Notes under the pieces: model-generated
Told to the model about the DNA's origin: nothing
Databases searched by the model: none
The model's input: the letters and a program-made list of their open reading frames with translations, nothing else
In this document: piece after piece, positions 15,730-24,316 of the stretch
Numbering within the stretch: the stretch's first letter is position 1
Layout of the letters: every line of letters starts with the position of its first letter
DNA from: Candidatus Electrothrix sp. GW3-4
Lineage (GTDB): Bacteria; Desulfobacterota; Desulfobulbia; Desulfobulbales; Desulfobulbaceae
Length of the DNA: 32,000 bases
Direction: 5' to 3'
NCBI RefSeq assembly: GCF_037902255.1
Contig: NZ_CP147990.1
Location: forward strand, 540,001-572,000
Program-made: the position numbers and the translations under genes

Positions 15730-16437
15730 ATGCAGTTTCGACGAATCCTTCTTAAGATCAGCGGTGAGGCCCTGATGGGCGATGGTGCCTACGGTATCAG
15801 CCCGGACATGATCTCTTTTGTGGCCCAGGAGATCAAAAATATCCAGGAGCAAGGCGCCCAGGTGGCCCTGGTGATCGGGGCAGGGAATATCTTTCGCGGA
15901 GTGGCTGGTGCTGCTGGTGGAATGAATCGGGCTGCTGCTGATAATATGGGGATGCTGGCCACGGTCCTCAATGCCCTGGCCATGCAGGATGGGTTGGAGC
16001 AAATCGGCGTCCCTTGCCGGGTGATGTCTGCTATCACGATGCGCAATGTCTGTGAACCCTATGTTCGGGTCCGGGCTATTGAGCATCTGGAAAAGGGCAG
16101 GGTGGTGATCTTTGCCGCTGGCACCGGCAATCCCTATTTTACCACGGATACCGGTGGGGTCCTCCGGGCCCTGGAGATCGAGGCCAATGTGATGATGAAG
16201 GCCACCCGGGTGGATGGGGTGTATGACCGTGACCCGGAAAAAGACAGCAATGCGGTCCGTTATGATCGCCTGACCTATACCAAGGTCCTGCAGAAGGAGC
16301 TACGGGTGATGGATGCCGCGGGCATCTCTCTGGCCCGGGATAATGACCTGCCGGTGTTGGTCTTTAATATGAAGAAGGAAGGTAATATTGTCCGGGCCGC
16401 CGCAGGCGAGGATGTCGGTACTCTGATTACGGCCTGA
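15730..16437 (+). CDS. pyrH: UMP kinase
   Basis: ..[19 protein letters not shown].., ..[10 protein letters not shown].., ..[18 protein letters not shown].., ..[12 protein letters not shown]... Confidence 0.95.
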   Translation: MQFRRILLKISGEALMGDGAYGISPDMISFVAQEIKNIQEQGAQVALVIGAGNIFRGVAGAAGGMNRAAADNMGMLATVLNALAMQDGLEQIGVPCRVMSAITMRNVCEPYVRVRAIEHLEKGRVVIFAAGTGNPYFTTDTGGVLRALEIEANVMMKATRVDGVYDRDPEKDSNAVRYDRLTYTKVLQKELRVMDAAGISLARDNDLPVLVFNMKKEGNIVRAAAGEDVGTLITA

Positions 16438-16482
16438 TTTCCTTTCAGTACGGAATTTCCTGCCCGTTATGTCGGGTGTGCT

Positions 16483-16542
16483 GTAGGGGCGAATCCCTGT
16501 GTTCACCCTTTTGGTTGGGCAGGCACAGGGGCCTGCCTCTAC
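16483..16542. repeat. REP-like imperfect palindromic element (GTAGGGGCGAATCC... / ...GGCCTGCCTCTAC)
   Basis: GTAGGGGCGAATCCCTGTG (16483-) versus the reverse complement of CACAGGGGCCTGCCTCTAC (-16542): 14 of 19 arm positions match. It is intergenic, between the convergent pyrH and MBL genes. Confidence 0.4.
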
Positions 16543-16609
16543 TTCATTTATTGAAAAATTCTTAACCCGATTCCGCAAGACAATCCGGGATTGTCCTCCC
16601 CCTTTGCTC

Positions 16610-17398
16610 TTATTCGTTGTTGATTTTCCCCACGGTGATAACCCGGCTGGGCTGATCCTGATGGGCCAGATCCAGGCTAAAGCACGGTTGAAGATGGGCC
16701 AGCTCCTGCTCGACCTGGGCGGCCACCAGCTTCGGCCGATTATTGGTTTCACTGAGATGGGCCAGGACCACATGCCGGACCTCGGTCGTACAGAGCTCAG
16801 CAAGAAAGGCAGCTGCATCCTGATTGGCCAGATGCCCCTGGTTGGAGCGGACCCTCTGCTTAATGGGCATGGGATAGGGGCCGGTGAGTAACATCTCCGG
16901 GTCATAATTTGCCTCCAGGATCAGGGCCTGGCAATGACGGAGACGCTGGCGAATCAGGGTGGTGATCTTACCGGTATCTGTGCAATAGGCCACTGAATTT
17001 ACTCCATCTGAGACGAGAAAGCCCACCGGATCCACGGTGTCGTGGGAGATGCAAAAAGGATGGATGTGCAGATCATCCAGGTCAAAGCCGGTTCCGGTGG
17101 CAAACTCACAACGTTGGTGGAGCTGCTTGACTCGGGCCTCGGATGCTTGATGGGTGCCATGATTGGCAAAAACCGGCAGGTTACAGCGCCGGGACATCAC
17201 CCCGACCCCGCTGGTATGGTCGCCATGTTCATGGGTGATCAGGATCGCATCCAGATCTTCCGGTGAGCGATCAATCAGGGCCAGACGGCGGCTGAGCTCC
17301 TTGCCGGAAAAACCAGCATCAATCAGGATAGCGGTGGAACCGGACTCGATCAGGGTGCAATTACCCTTAGAGCCAGAGCCTAAAACAGAGAATTTCAT
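16610..17398 (-). CDS. MBL-fold metallo-hydrolase
   Basis: MKFSVLGSGSKGNCTLIESGSTAILIDAGFS..LDAILITHEHGDHTSG.. (HxHxDH). ATG 17398 is preferred over the TTG at 17404. Confidence 0.85.
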   Translation of the reverse strand: MKFSVLGSGSKGNCTLIESGSTAILIDAGFSGKELSRRLALIDRSPEDLDAILITHEHGDHTSGVGVMSRRCNLPVFANHGTHQASEARVKQLHQRCEFATGTGFDLDDLHIHPFCISHDTVDPVGFLVSDGVNSVAYCTDTGKITTLIRQRLRHCQALILEANYDPEMLLTGPYPMPIKQRVRSNQGHLANQDAAAFLAELCTTEVRHVVLAHLSETNNRPKLVAAQVEQELAHLQPCFSLDLAHQDQPSRVITVGKINNE

Positions 17399-17459
17399 GG
17401 GCAAGGCAGGGGAGGAAGGAACAGGTTGATGGATATCGTCTTTTGGCGCATCAATTTTC

Positions 17460-17489
17460 TTGACTGTGAAACGGTTTTTGCGGTATATA
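17460..17489 (+). promoter_or_regulatory. Sigma70-type promoter for tRNA-Leu
   Basis: TTGACT (17460-17465), 17-18 nt spacer, GTATAT/TATATA (17483-17489), about 14 nt before the tRNA 5' end. Confidence 0.55.
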
Positions 17490-17502
17490 TATCAGCACTT
17501 CA

Positions 17503-17590
17503 GCCGGAGTGGTGAAACTGGTAGACGCACTGGACTCAAAATCCAGCGGGCCTTGCGCCCGTGTCGGTTCGACTCCGACCTCCGGCACCA
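17503..17590 (+). tRNA. tRNA-Leu (anticodon CAA), long variable arm, encoded CCA
   Basis: Acceptor GCCGGAG/CTCCGGC. Anticodon stem CTGGA/TCCAG with loop CTCAAAA (anticodon CAA). Long variable arm CGGGCCTTGCGCCCGTG. T-arm TCGGTTCGACTCCGA. Ends ACCA. Confidence 0.95.
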
Positions 17591-17599
17591 AGAACATTC

Positions 17600-17635
17600 A
17601 ACCAGTTAGGCGTTTTCGTCTAACTGGTTTTTTTA
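17600..17635 (+). terminator. Rho-independent terminator after tRNA-Leu
   Basis: AACCAGTTAG (17600-17609), 10-nt loop, CTAACTGGTT (17620-17629), then a T run. Confidence 0.8.
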
Positions 17636-17774
17636 TGCCCAAATGCAGCCGGGGGGACATGGGGGGTGTTTTGCTTTGCTTCACCCAGTTCAGTTTCCTG
17701 CTGTTGCTGCCTTTGCTTGTATTGCCTGCGTGTGTTTGAGCATACTTTTTTTGTCCGGTCGAATGAAGCAACTA

Positions 17775-20700
17775 TTATTCCGGCAGTGTCTCATGCAGCC
17801 CGGAATACACTCTTTGCATCATCAGGGCCATGACAACCGACCCGAAGTCATCCTTATCTTCCATAATCCGTTCAAAAATACTCTGATTCTGCTCCATGCG
17901 GTCAATCAGCTTGTTCCTGAACAGCTCTTCAAAGGGAAACTTGAAGGTATCAAGCGTATTGGCCCTTGCCTGTGTCTGCAAGGTCTTGTCGTTCATCATG
18001 TCCGTTGCAAGCTGATCAAAAAAGAGCTTATCTGCCTGCTCAAACTCTGTGCCGAAACGCTGGTTGAGCAGGTCGATGATTTCAGATAAGGCGGCCTCTT
18101 CATCCTTGGTCTGTTTGATTCCGGCCTCGCTGATGCCGTCAAGTTCGCCGTCCTGGCTGGCCTCAAGGGCAATGGCCCCCTCTTTCATCTTTTGCAGCCG
18201 GTAATATTCCAAAGCCACTTCATCGGTAACCCGCAGCTGGTCTGAAATGTCAGCCTTGGGTAATTTGCTGTGCAGCAACTTGGCATAGGCAAAGAATTTT
18301 TCCAGCTCCGGGTCAGGCAGGGGCATAATCTGGGCCAGAAAGGCATAAAGATTGGTCCAGGTGCGCAGTCCTTTCTTGAATTCGTCCTGCTCTTCCAAGG
18401 TTGCAAGGGCCTTGAAGCGGTCAACCGCCGGATCAAGAAAGGCGTTCAGTTCTTTCTGTACTTTGGCGGCCATTGTCTTGGCGGGCCTGAAGTAGGCACG
18501 GGCAAAGGCGTTAATTTCCGACTGCCGATAGAGCTGTTGTGCATCCAGCTTGTTTTTCAGGTCATAGAGATGATTCGGGGTCGGCTCTTCTTTAACCGTG
18601 GTAATCTCATAATACGGTTGAAACGAGGCAAAAATGGTCTCCCGGTCATTGGCAAAGTCCAGGATAAAGGTATCCTCCTTGCCCGGACAGGTGCGGTTCA
18701 GGCGGGAAAGGGTCTGCACGGCCTTGACCCCGGACAGCTTCTTGTCCACGTACATGGTATGGAGCAGGGGCTGATCAAAGCCGGTCTGGAACTTGTCCGC
18801 ACAGATGAGGATTTTATACTCCTCCCGGTCAAAGACCGTGGGCAGCTCCTTTTCACTGCATCCGGTCAGCTGCGGTTCAGTAACACCCTCCGGGAAATCA
18901 TCATCAAGCACCTTGCCGGAAAAGGCCACCAGCACTTTCATATCCTGGTACTTCTTGGCCTTGAGGGAGCGTTGGAACTCATCATAATAGCGTTTGGCAT
19001 GGAGCCGGGAACCGGTCACCAGCATGGCCTTGGCCCTGCCACCGATCTGTGCAGCCACCACCTGCCGGAAATGCTCAAGAATGACCTCTGTTTTCTGGGC
19101 CAGATTATGGGGATGAAGAGAGACAAAACGGCCTATGGCCTGCGCCGCCTTTTTCTTGTTCATCTCCGGGTCATCTTCAATGGCCTTGGAGAGCTTGAAA
19201 AACAGGGCATAGGTGGTGTAGTTCGCCAGTACATCAAGAATAAATCCCTCTTCAATAGCCTGGCGCATGGAATAGAGGTGAAAGGGTTGTGGTTTGCCTG
19301 CGGCATCCTTTTGTCCGAACACGGCCAGGGTCTTGTATTTCGGGGTGGCGGTAAAGGCGAAAAAGGACAGGTTCTGCTGTCGGCCACGGGCCTTGCAGGA
19401 TTGCTCCACCATCTCCCGGATTTCATCTTCCGGGTCATAGTCTGTATCCGCGCCGTCTGTATCCGCACTATAGAGTCCCCCGGCTTCAGCGGTCTGCCAT
19501 GCCGCTTCCTGTTCTGATCTGGTCCTGTCCCCCTCTTGAGAGGCGTTAAGACGTTCAAAAGAGGTGGCTGCCAGCACCTCTTTCATTTTTTTGCTGGCCT
19601 CGCCGCCCTGAGAACTGTGGGCCTCATCAATAATCACGGCATAGCGGCGATCAGGAAGGTCTTTGGCTGCATCAAGAATAAAGGGGAACTTTTGCAGGGT
19701 GGTAATGATGATATGAACGGATCTTTGCAGGGCCTGGGCAAGCTGGGCGCTGCCCTTGTCGATCCGCTGCACCACTCCGGTTTTATGCTCGAATTGATAG
19801 ACGGTGCTTTGCAGCTGCTGATCCAGCACCCGGCGGTCGGTGACAATAATCACCGCATCAAAGATGCGTTCATCTGCTGCATTATGCAGGCTTGCCAGCC
19901 GATAGGCCAACCAGGCAATGGAATTGCTCTTGCCTGATCCGGCGGAATGCTGGATCAGGTAGTTATGCCCGGCCCCGTGCTCTCGGGCATGGGCGGTGAT
20001 CTTGCGTACCGCATCCAGTTGATGAAAGCGGGGAAAGATCAGTTTTTCCGTTGTAATGGTCCGGCCTGCGATGTCCTTTTCATCAACCTGGAGATGGATG
20101 AAGCGTTTGATGATCTCCAGCCAGCTGTCCTTTGTCAGGATTTCTTGCCAGAGATAGGCGGTTCTGTAATTATTGTCTGCCGGGGGATTACCCTTGCCGT
20201 GGTTATGGCCCTTATTAAAGGGCAGCCAGAAGGTATCTCTGCCCTCAATCCGGGTGGTCATATAGACTTCATCCGTATCAACGGCGAAATGGACCAAGGC
20301 CCGTTTCTTAAAGGCAAAGAGCAGCTCCCGCTTGTCCCGAGTGCTGGCGTACTGGCGTTTGGCGTCTTTTGTGTTCTGGCCGGTGAGCTGGTTTTTCAGC
20401 TCCAGAGTGGCCACGGGCAGGCCGTTGAGGGACAGGGCAAGATCAACCGAGTTCCTGTTTTTGCGGCTGTAATAAACCTGTCGGTACACCTTGAGGCGGT
20501 TCTGATTATACAGGGCCACGGTGTCCGGGTTGAGGCCGCTTTCCGGTTGAAAACAGGCCATGCGGAACTTAACCCCGTAGTCGGTAAAGCCGTTGCGCAG
20601 CACGTCCAGCGAGCCGCGCAGGTCCATTTCCCGGCAGAGGCGTTGGATAACCCGGTTTTCCGTGTCCGGCCCGTGAACAGAGGTTATGCGTTCCCAGGCC

Positions 20701-20855
20701 GAGGGTTGGGTGCTTTGGAGAAAGGCCAGCACCTCGTTTTTAAACAGGCCGGTTTCCGGGTCATAATCCGCTGCCTGTCCTTGTTCGTAGCCGCCGTGTT
20801 CGGTCAGGCTGGCAACGATGGCCGTTTCAAAGGATGATTCGCTGGTAATGGACAA
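17775..20855 (-). CDS. hsdR: Type I restriction enzyme R subunit (HsdR, SF2 helicase/nuclease)
   Basis: 1026 aa. ..YLIQHSAGSGKSNSIAWLA.. (motif I), ..AVIIDEAHSSQGG.. (DEAH box), ..FAFTATPK.., ..VDKKLSGVKAVQTLSRLNR.. (motif VI). Lies in the same locus as hsdM and hsdS. Confidence 0.92.
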   Translation of the reverse strand: MSITSESSFETAIVASLTEHGGYEQGQAADYDPETGLFKNEVLAFLQSTQPSAWERITSVHGPDTENRVIQRLCREMDLRGSLDVLRNGFTDYGVKFRMACFQPESGLNPDTVALYNQNRLKVYRQVYYSRKNRNSVDLALSLNGLPVATLELKNQLTGQNTKDAKRQYASTRDKRELLFAFKKRALVHFAVDTDEVYMTTRIEGRDTFWLPFNKGHNHGKGNPPADNNYRTAYLWQEILTKDSWLEIIKRFIHLQVDEKDIAGRTITTEKLIFPRFHQLDAVRKITAHAREHGAGHNYLIQHSAGSGKSNSIAWLAYRLASLHNAADERIFDAVIIVTDRRVLDQQLQSTVYQFEHKTGVVQRIDKGSAQLAQALQRSVHIIITTLQKFPFILDAAKDLPDRRYAVIIDEAHSSQGGEASKKMKEVLAATSFERLNASQEGDRTRSEQEAAWQTAEAGGLYSADTDGADTDYDPEDEIREMVEQSCKARGRQQNLSFFAFTATPKYKTLAVFGQKDAAGKPQPFHLYSMRQAIEEGFILDVLANYTTYALFFKLSKAIEDDPEMNKKKAAQAIGRFVSLHPHNLAQKTEVILEHFRQVVAAQIGGRAKAMLVTGSRLHAKRYYDEFQRSLKAKKYQDMKVLVAFSGKVLDDDFPEGVTEPQLTGCSEKELPTVFDREEYKILICADKFQTGFDQPLLHTMYVDKKLSGVKAVQTLSRLNRTCPGKEDTFILDFANDRETIFASFQPYYEITTVKEEPTPNHLYDLKNKLDAQQLYRQSEINAFARAYFRPAKTMAAKVQKELNAFLDPAVDRFKALATLEEQDEFKKGLRTWTNLYAFLAQIMPLPDPELEKFFAYAKLLHSKLPKADISDQLRVTDEVALEYYRLQKMKEGAIALEASQDGELDGISEAGIKQTKDEEAALSEIIDLLNQRFGTEFEQADKLFFDQLATDMMNDKTLQTQARANTLDTFKFPFEELFRNKLIDRMEQNQSIFERIMEDKDDFGSVVMALMMQRVYSGLHETLPE

Positions 20856-21015
20856 GGTGTTTCCCTTTTGTTGCGATTGGACTTGGCATTTTTGCTCGTC
20901 AAAGACAGTGCCCGGTGTTGAAACACCGGGCTATTTTCGGCAGTCCCTCTGGGACGCTGTTGCCCGGACATCCCGCCCCCAGAGGGGCAACTGAACATAG
21001 CCCACCGTTGACGCA

Positions 21016-21393
21016 TCAGGAGCGTTTCCTGAAAAATGTTACTCCCGGCAGGTCTTGGAAATGATTGTCCGAGGTAATCAGCTGGGCATTATGAAAACGG
21101 GCTGTGGCATAGATAATCGAATCGGCAAAGGAGAGGGAATACTCGGCGGAGAAATCTGCCGCTTGCAGGGCAATAGCTGTGGAAAGTGGGACAACTTCCG
21201 CCTGTTCAGTCAGGGCGACCGCCTCTAACGCTGTCTGTATGTTCTGTTTCCGTGCCACCCACTTGTACAGCTCGAACTGGACCGATGTCGGCACGATGAC
21301 TGAATCTATCTTTGTGAAATACTCTTCAAAGTCTCGGCAAAGTACGCCGTCGGTCAACCACTCAATCCAACCGCAGGTATCAATCAGAATCAT
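21016..21393 (-). CDS. vapC: PIN-domain toxin VapC
   Basis: MILIDTCGWIEWL.., ..VPTSVQFELYKW.., ..FADSIIYATA.., ..LITSDNHFQDL.. (D-E-D-D PIN positions). 4-nt overlap with vapB. Confidence 0.88.
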   Translation of the reverse strand: MILIDTCGWIEWLTDGVLCRDFEEYFTKIDSVIVPTSVQFELYKWVARKQNIQTALEAVALTEQAEVVPLSTAIALQAADFSAEYSLSFADSIIYATARFHNAQLITSDNHFQDLPGVTFFRKRS

Positions 21394-21614
21394 TCTGCAT
21401 TCCGTTCGTTTCGGTCCCGGTACTCGGAGGAATCGCTATATGTACAGGACGAGAGCATACCTCTGGCCTGGCTGATTGACTGTTGGGGAATCAGTTCAAT
21501 AATGCGTCCCCGTGCGACCAAAGTAAATTGTTGACCTGCCTGAAGGTCAAGATCATGGCGCATAGCCTTTGGGATGGACAATTGAAATTTGCTGGAAAGT
21601 TTCGCTTGGAGCAT
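21390..21614 (-). CDS. vapB: AbrB/MazE/SpoVT-type antitoxin VapB
   Basis: ..KLSSKFQLSIPKAMRHDLDLQAGQQFTLVARGRIIELIP.. is a swapped-hairpin AbrB-like DNA-binding domain, immediately upstream of vapC. Confidence 0.8.
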   Translation of the reverse strand: MLQAKLSSKFQLSIPKAMRHDLDLQAGQQFTLVARGRIIELIPQQSISQARGMLSSCTYSDSSEYRDRNERNAE

Positions 21615-21708
21615 AATTTTACCTTTTTTAAATCGATATGCTTAACTGTAAAACAAAAAGATAGGGGGTGTCAATTCGCAATTGACAGTTGAATGAATTA
21701 TCCAGTTT

Positions 21709-21743
21709 CCGCTGAACCTGCCTGGCGAATCAGCGGTTTTTTT
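21709..21743 (+). terminator. Orphan plus-strand terminator-like hairpin in the hsdS-vapB spacer
   Basis: CCGCTGA (21709-21715), 14-nt loop, TCAGCGG (21730-21736), TTTTTTT (21737-21743). No plus-strand gene precedes it. Confidence 0.3.
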
Positions 21744-21884
21744 ATTGCACAGTTCCCGGAGCCGCAGCCTTGAAGCCTGCTTTCTCCTGGAAATTGCGGC
21801 ATGGATGCTTTACATATCGGGCTGTCTGTTTGAAAAAAAGGGCACTCACTTTCTTAAAGTATGCGATCAGTTTTAAAAAGTAAG

Positions 21885-21907
21885 GCCTCTCTTTTAAAAA
21901 GAGAGGC
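21885..21907 (-). terminator. Perfect 23-bp palindrome, probable terminator of hsdM-rhuM-hsdS
   Basis: GCCTCTCTTTT-A-AAAAGAGAGGC lies about 70 nt downstream of the hsdS stop (minus-strand sense). A/T runs on both sides allow bidirectional action. Confidence 0.5.
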
Positions 21908-21977
21908 ATCAGTTTTAAAGACTGAGCGCTCTATTTTTCAGTTCTCCCTGTTGTACGCAGCAAGCGTCGATGACATA

Positions 21978-23291
21978 CTATCCAGCATCCCGTACATCAA
22001 TCTTGCCGGTGACTGCTTCGGAAATCAGGGCGGTGCGGTATTCTTTGAACAGGTTGATTCCTCGTTTTGTACGGGTGATGATTTGATCAATAAGAGACAT
22101 TTTTTGTACAATATGAGCAACTATGGATATCTGTTCATCCAATGGGGGTAATGCAATGCACAGGTCTTTAATCACAGATTGACTAATATTTTGCATAGAA
22201 CTACTAGCCCCTGTAGCTCGTTCTTCAATTTGCATACGGCTTGTAGAAGATCGAATGTAATAAACCAAGAATTTTGCATTTGCGATATTGTCTCTTGATC
22301 TGAAACGAAATAATTTGTCACAAAGTAAAATGTTGGGATAATCCTCTTCAACAAGTGCTGCCAGTCCTACAAGGTCTCGTATGTTTGCTCTACTAACAAT
22401 AATATCATTCTGTTGAATCTTGCATTGAAGTCTTGGGGGTAATGCGTCGGGTAGCTTTTTATTTTGAAAGGAATCAAAATGCTCTCCATTTACACAGCCA
22501 ACTTTTAAAATTCCCCACTCATTATTATCAGCCTGTTGTGCTTCACATTGTGGAGACCACCCTTGGTCAATAGAGGATATGCAAAGTTTTAATTTGATTG
22601 CATCCCAATGCTTCGGAATCTCCCCCAACCACTCCACTCCTGAATCCTTCATCTCGGCATCAGGATTAAGGCCCTTGGTTACGGCCTCATTGATAACCGC
22701 TTGCTTTTTCTCCTCGTACAGCTCAATCAACCGCTCTTTGTTGGCAATCAGGTTATCTATTTCCGCTGTTTTGCGGTCAAGGTAGGCGGCAATGGTGGTT
22801 TGTTCAGAGTGGGACAAGGAGAAAACTGAATATTGATTCAAGTCTTCAAAGCGCAACGAAGGTTGCATTATGAGAGAAATAGCATTCTTTTCATACGAAA
22901 ATAACCTTTGTAAAAAGTAGAAATAATATGATGAGCAAGTTATCTTGATGTCATGCGGTATAATTAGCGCGCAATTCTGAGACAAAGAAAATCTCCCTGA
23001 CATTCTCTTCAGAGACATGGCCTTCGCCCCTACCGTTGTAACAAAAAGAATTATATTTTCAAAATCATAATCAAATGACTCAATATGACCTAAAATGCCA
23101 TTATTTTCTGTCTGTCCACTATACACTGGGTATTCACCAGAATGATGACTTATGTAACTATTGGTGTAAGAAGCAGCATTAGTTCCTTTTTCCCATCGAA
23201 AAAGATACTTCAGCTTAATTGAATCCCAATGCTCCGGCACCTCCCCAATCCACTCCACCCCGGAATCTTTATACCTCGGATACGGCTTCAT
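21978..23291 (-). CDS. hsdS: Type I restriction-modification specificity subunit (HsdS)
   Basis: Two variable, AT-richer target-recognition halves. Each is followed by a conserved spacer: ..LSHSEQTTIAAYLDRKTAEIDNLIANKERLIELYEEKKQAVINEAVTKGL.. and ..LPPLDEQISIVAHIVQKMSLIDQIITRTKRGINLFKEYRTALISEAVTGKIDVR... Confidence 0.9.
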   Translation of the reverse strand: MKPYPRYKDSGVEWIGEVPEHWDSIKLKYLFRWEKGTNAASYTNSYISHHSGEYPVYSGQTENNGILGHIESFDYDFENIILFVTTVGAKAMSLKRMSGRFSLSQNCALIIPHDIKITCSSYYFYFLQRLFSYEKNAISLIMQPSLRFEDLNQYSVFSLSHSEQTTIAAYLDRKTAEIDNLIANKERLIELYEEKKQAVINEAVTKGLNPDAEMKDSGVEWLGEIPKHWDAIKLKLCISSIDQGWSPQCEAQQADNNEWGILKVGCVNGEHFDSFQNKKLPDALPPRLQCKIQQNDIIVSRANIRDLVGLAALVEEDYPNILLCDKLFRFRSRDNIANAKFLVYYIRSSTSRMQIEERATGASSSMQNISQSVIKDLCIALPPLDEQISIVAHIVQKMSLIDQIITRTKRGINLFKEYRTALISEAVTGKIDVRDAG

Positions 23292-24316
23292 GACTTGCGC
23301 TCCTTGCTCTTATCCTCAACCTGCCGGGTCATCTGCTCAAAATCTTCTTCCTCTACCTGCCGCGCGTCAATCTGTAAACGGTTCTGATGAAAACGATCAT
23401 ACTCCGATTGCGCCAGTTCTTTTGCCATCTTATGAGAAATCTTTCCGGCATGTTCCAAGATATTACGGTCGTTCAACTGCAAAAATCCATCCAGTTTGGC
23501 TATCCAATCGGTCATGTGCATGGGAATACGTCGCATGGCCTGCCCCTCGGCAAAGACCAGATACTGTTCCACCAGATTGTTCAAGGCCAGCAACTCTTCC
23601 TCATTCAGGTAATTCTTGGCATTCACCACATCGCCTTTACGCACTTTTACACCGCGCCAAGTCATCAACCCCATGTTCGGCTTGGTGTGGTCGGCCCGTT
23701 CGTGGATGATCTCAGCAGCAGTATGCCCGGTTACGGCCCAATGCATTTTATTCTGAACGGTTTTGAAAAAGTTGATGCTGATATCAAGCGTTGGGTCATA
23801 ATCAATACTTGTGGCATAAATATCTGTAACCTTTCTATAGAATCTCTTTTCAGAGGTGCGGATATCCTGAATGCGCCGGAGTAATTCATCAAAATAATCA
23901 AAAGGCAAATCAGGGTTTTTCAGTCGCTCATCGTCCAGCACAAAGCCTTTGATAATGAATTCTTTAATGTGGCGGGTAGCCCATTGTCGGAAGCGAGTTG
24001 CGACATGGGATTTGATCCGGTAGCCCACGGAAATAATGGCATCCAGATTATAAAAAGATGTTCGGTAATTTTTACCGTCACTGGCAGTTGTAAAGAATTT
24101 CTTTACAACTGAATTTTCTTCCAACTCCCCTTCTTCAAATATTCTTTTCAGATGCTGTCCGATATTTTGCTTGCTGGATTGAAACAAATCAGCCATATGT
24201 TTTTGCGTCAACCAGACAGTTTCACCCTGAAGCTGTACTTCTATTTTTGTCCGGCCATCTTCTGTCTGATAAATAAGAATCTGAGAGGTTGTTTGCAGCC
24301 CTTTTTCTTCGCTCAT
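23288..24316 (-). CDS. rhuM: RhuM-family protein embedded in the RM operon
   Basis: ..ILIYQTEDGRTKIEVQLQGETVWLTQKHMADLFQSSKQNIGQHLKRIFEEGELEENSVVKKF..YNLDAIISVGYRIKSHVATRFRQWATRHIKEFIIKGFVLDDERLK.. is the RhuM signature. 4-nt overlaps on both sides. Confidence 0.85.
   Translation of the reverse strand: MSEEKGLQTTSQILIYQTEDGRTKIEVQLQGETVWLTQKHMADLFQSSKQNIGQHLKRIFEEGELEENSVVKKFFTTASDGKNYRTSFYNLDAIISVGYRIKSHVATRFRQWATRHIKEFIIKGFVLDDERLKNPDLPFDYFDELLRRIQDIRTSEKRFYRKVTDIYATSIDYDPTLDISINFFKTVQNKMHWAVTGHTAAEIIHERADHTKPNMGLMTWRGVKVRKGDVVNAKNYLNEEELLALNNLVEQYLVFAEGQAMRRIPMHMTDWIAKLDGFLQLNDRNILEHAGKISHKMAKELAQSEYDRFHQNRLQIDARQVEEEDFEQMTRQVEDKSKERKS

Noticed and set aside
14998-16086. 362-aa minus-strand ORF spanning tsf, the tsf-pyrH spacer and part of pyrH.
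   Set aside because: It is antisense to two unmistakable housekeeping genes and crosses an intergenic region. There is no motif content, so it is a spurious open frame.
18270-19517. Long plus-strand ORFs opposite hsdR and hsdM: 18270-19517 (415 aa), 19947-20837 (296 aa), 24289-26148 (619 aa).
   Set aside because: They are mirror ORFs antisense to strongly motif-supported genes. Their translations are low-complexity (G/L/R/H-rich) with no motifs.
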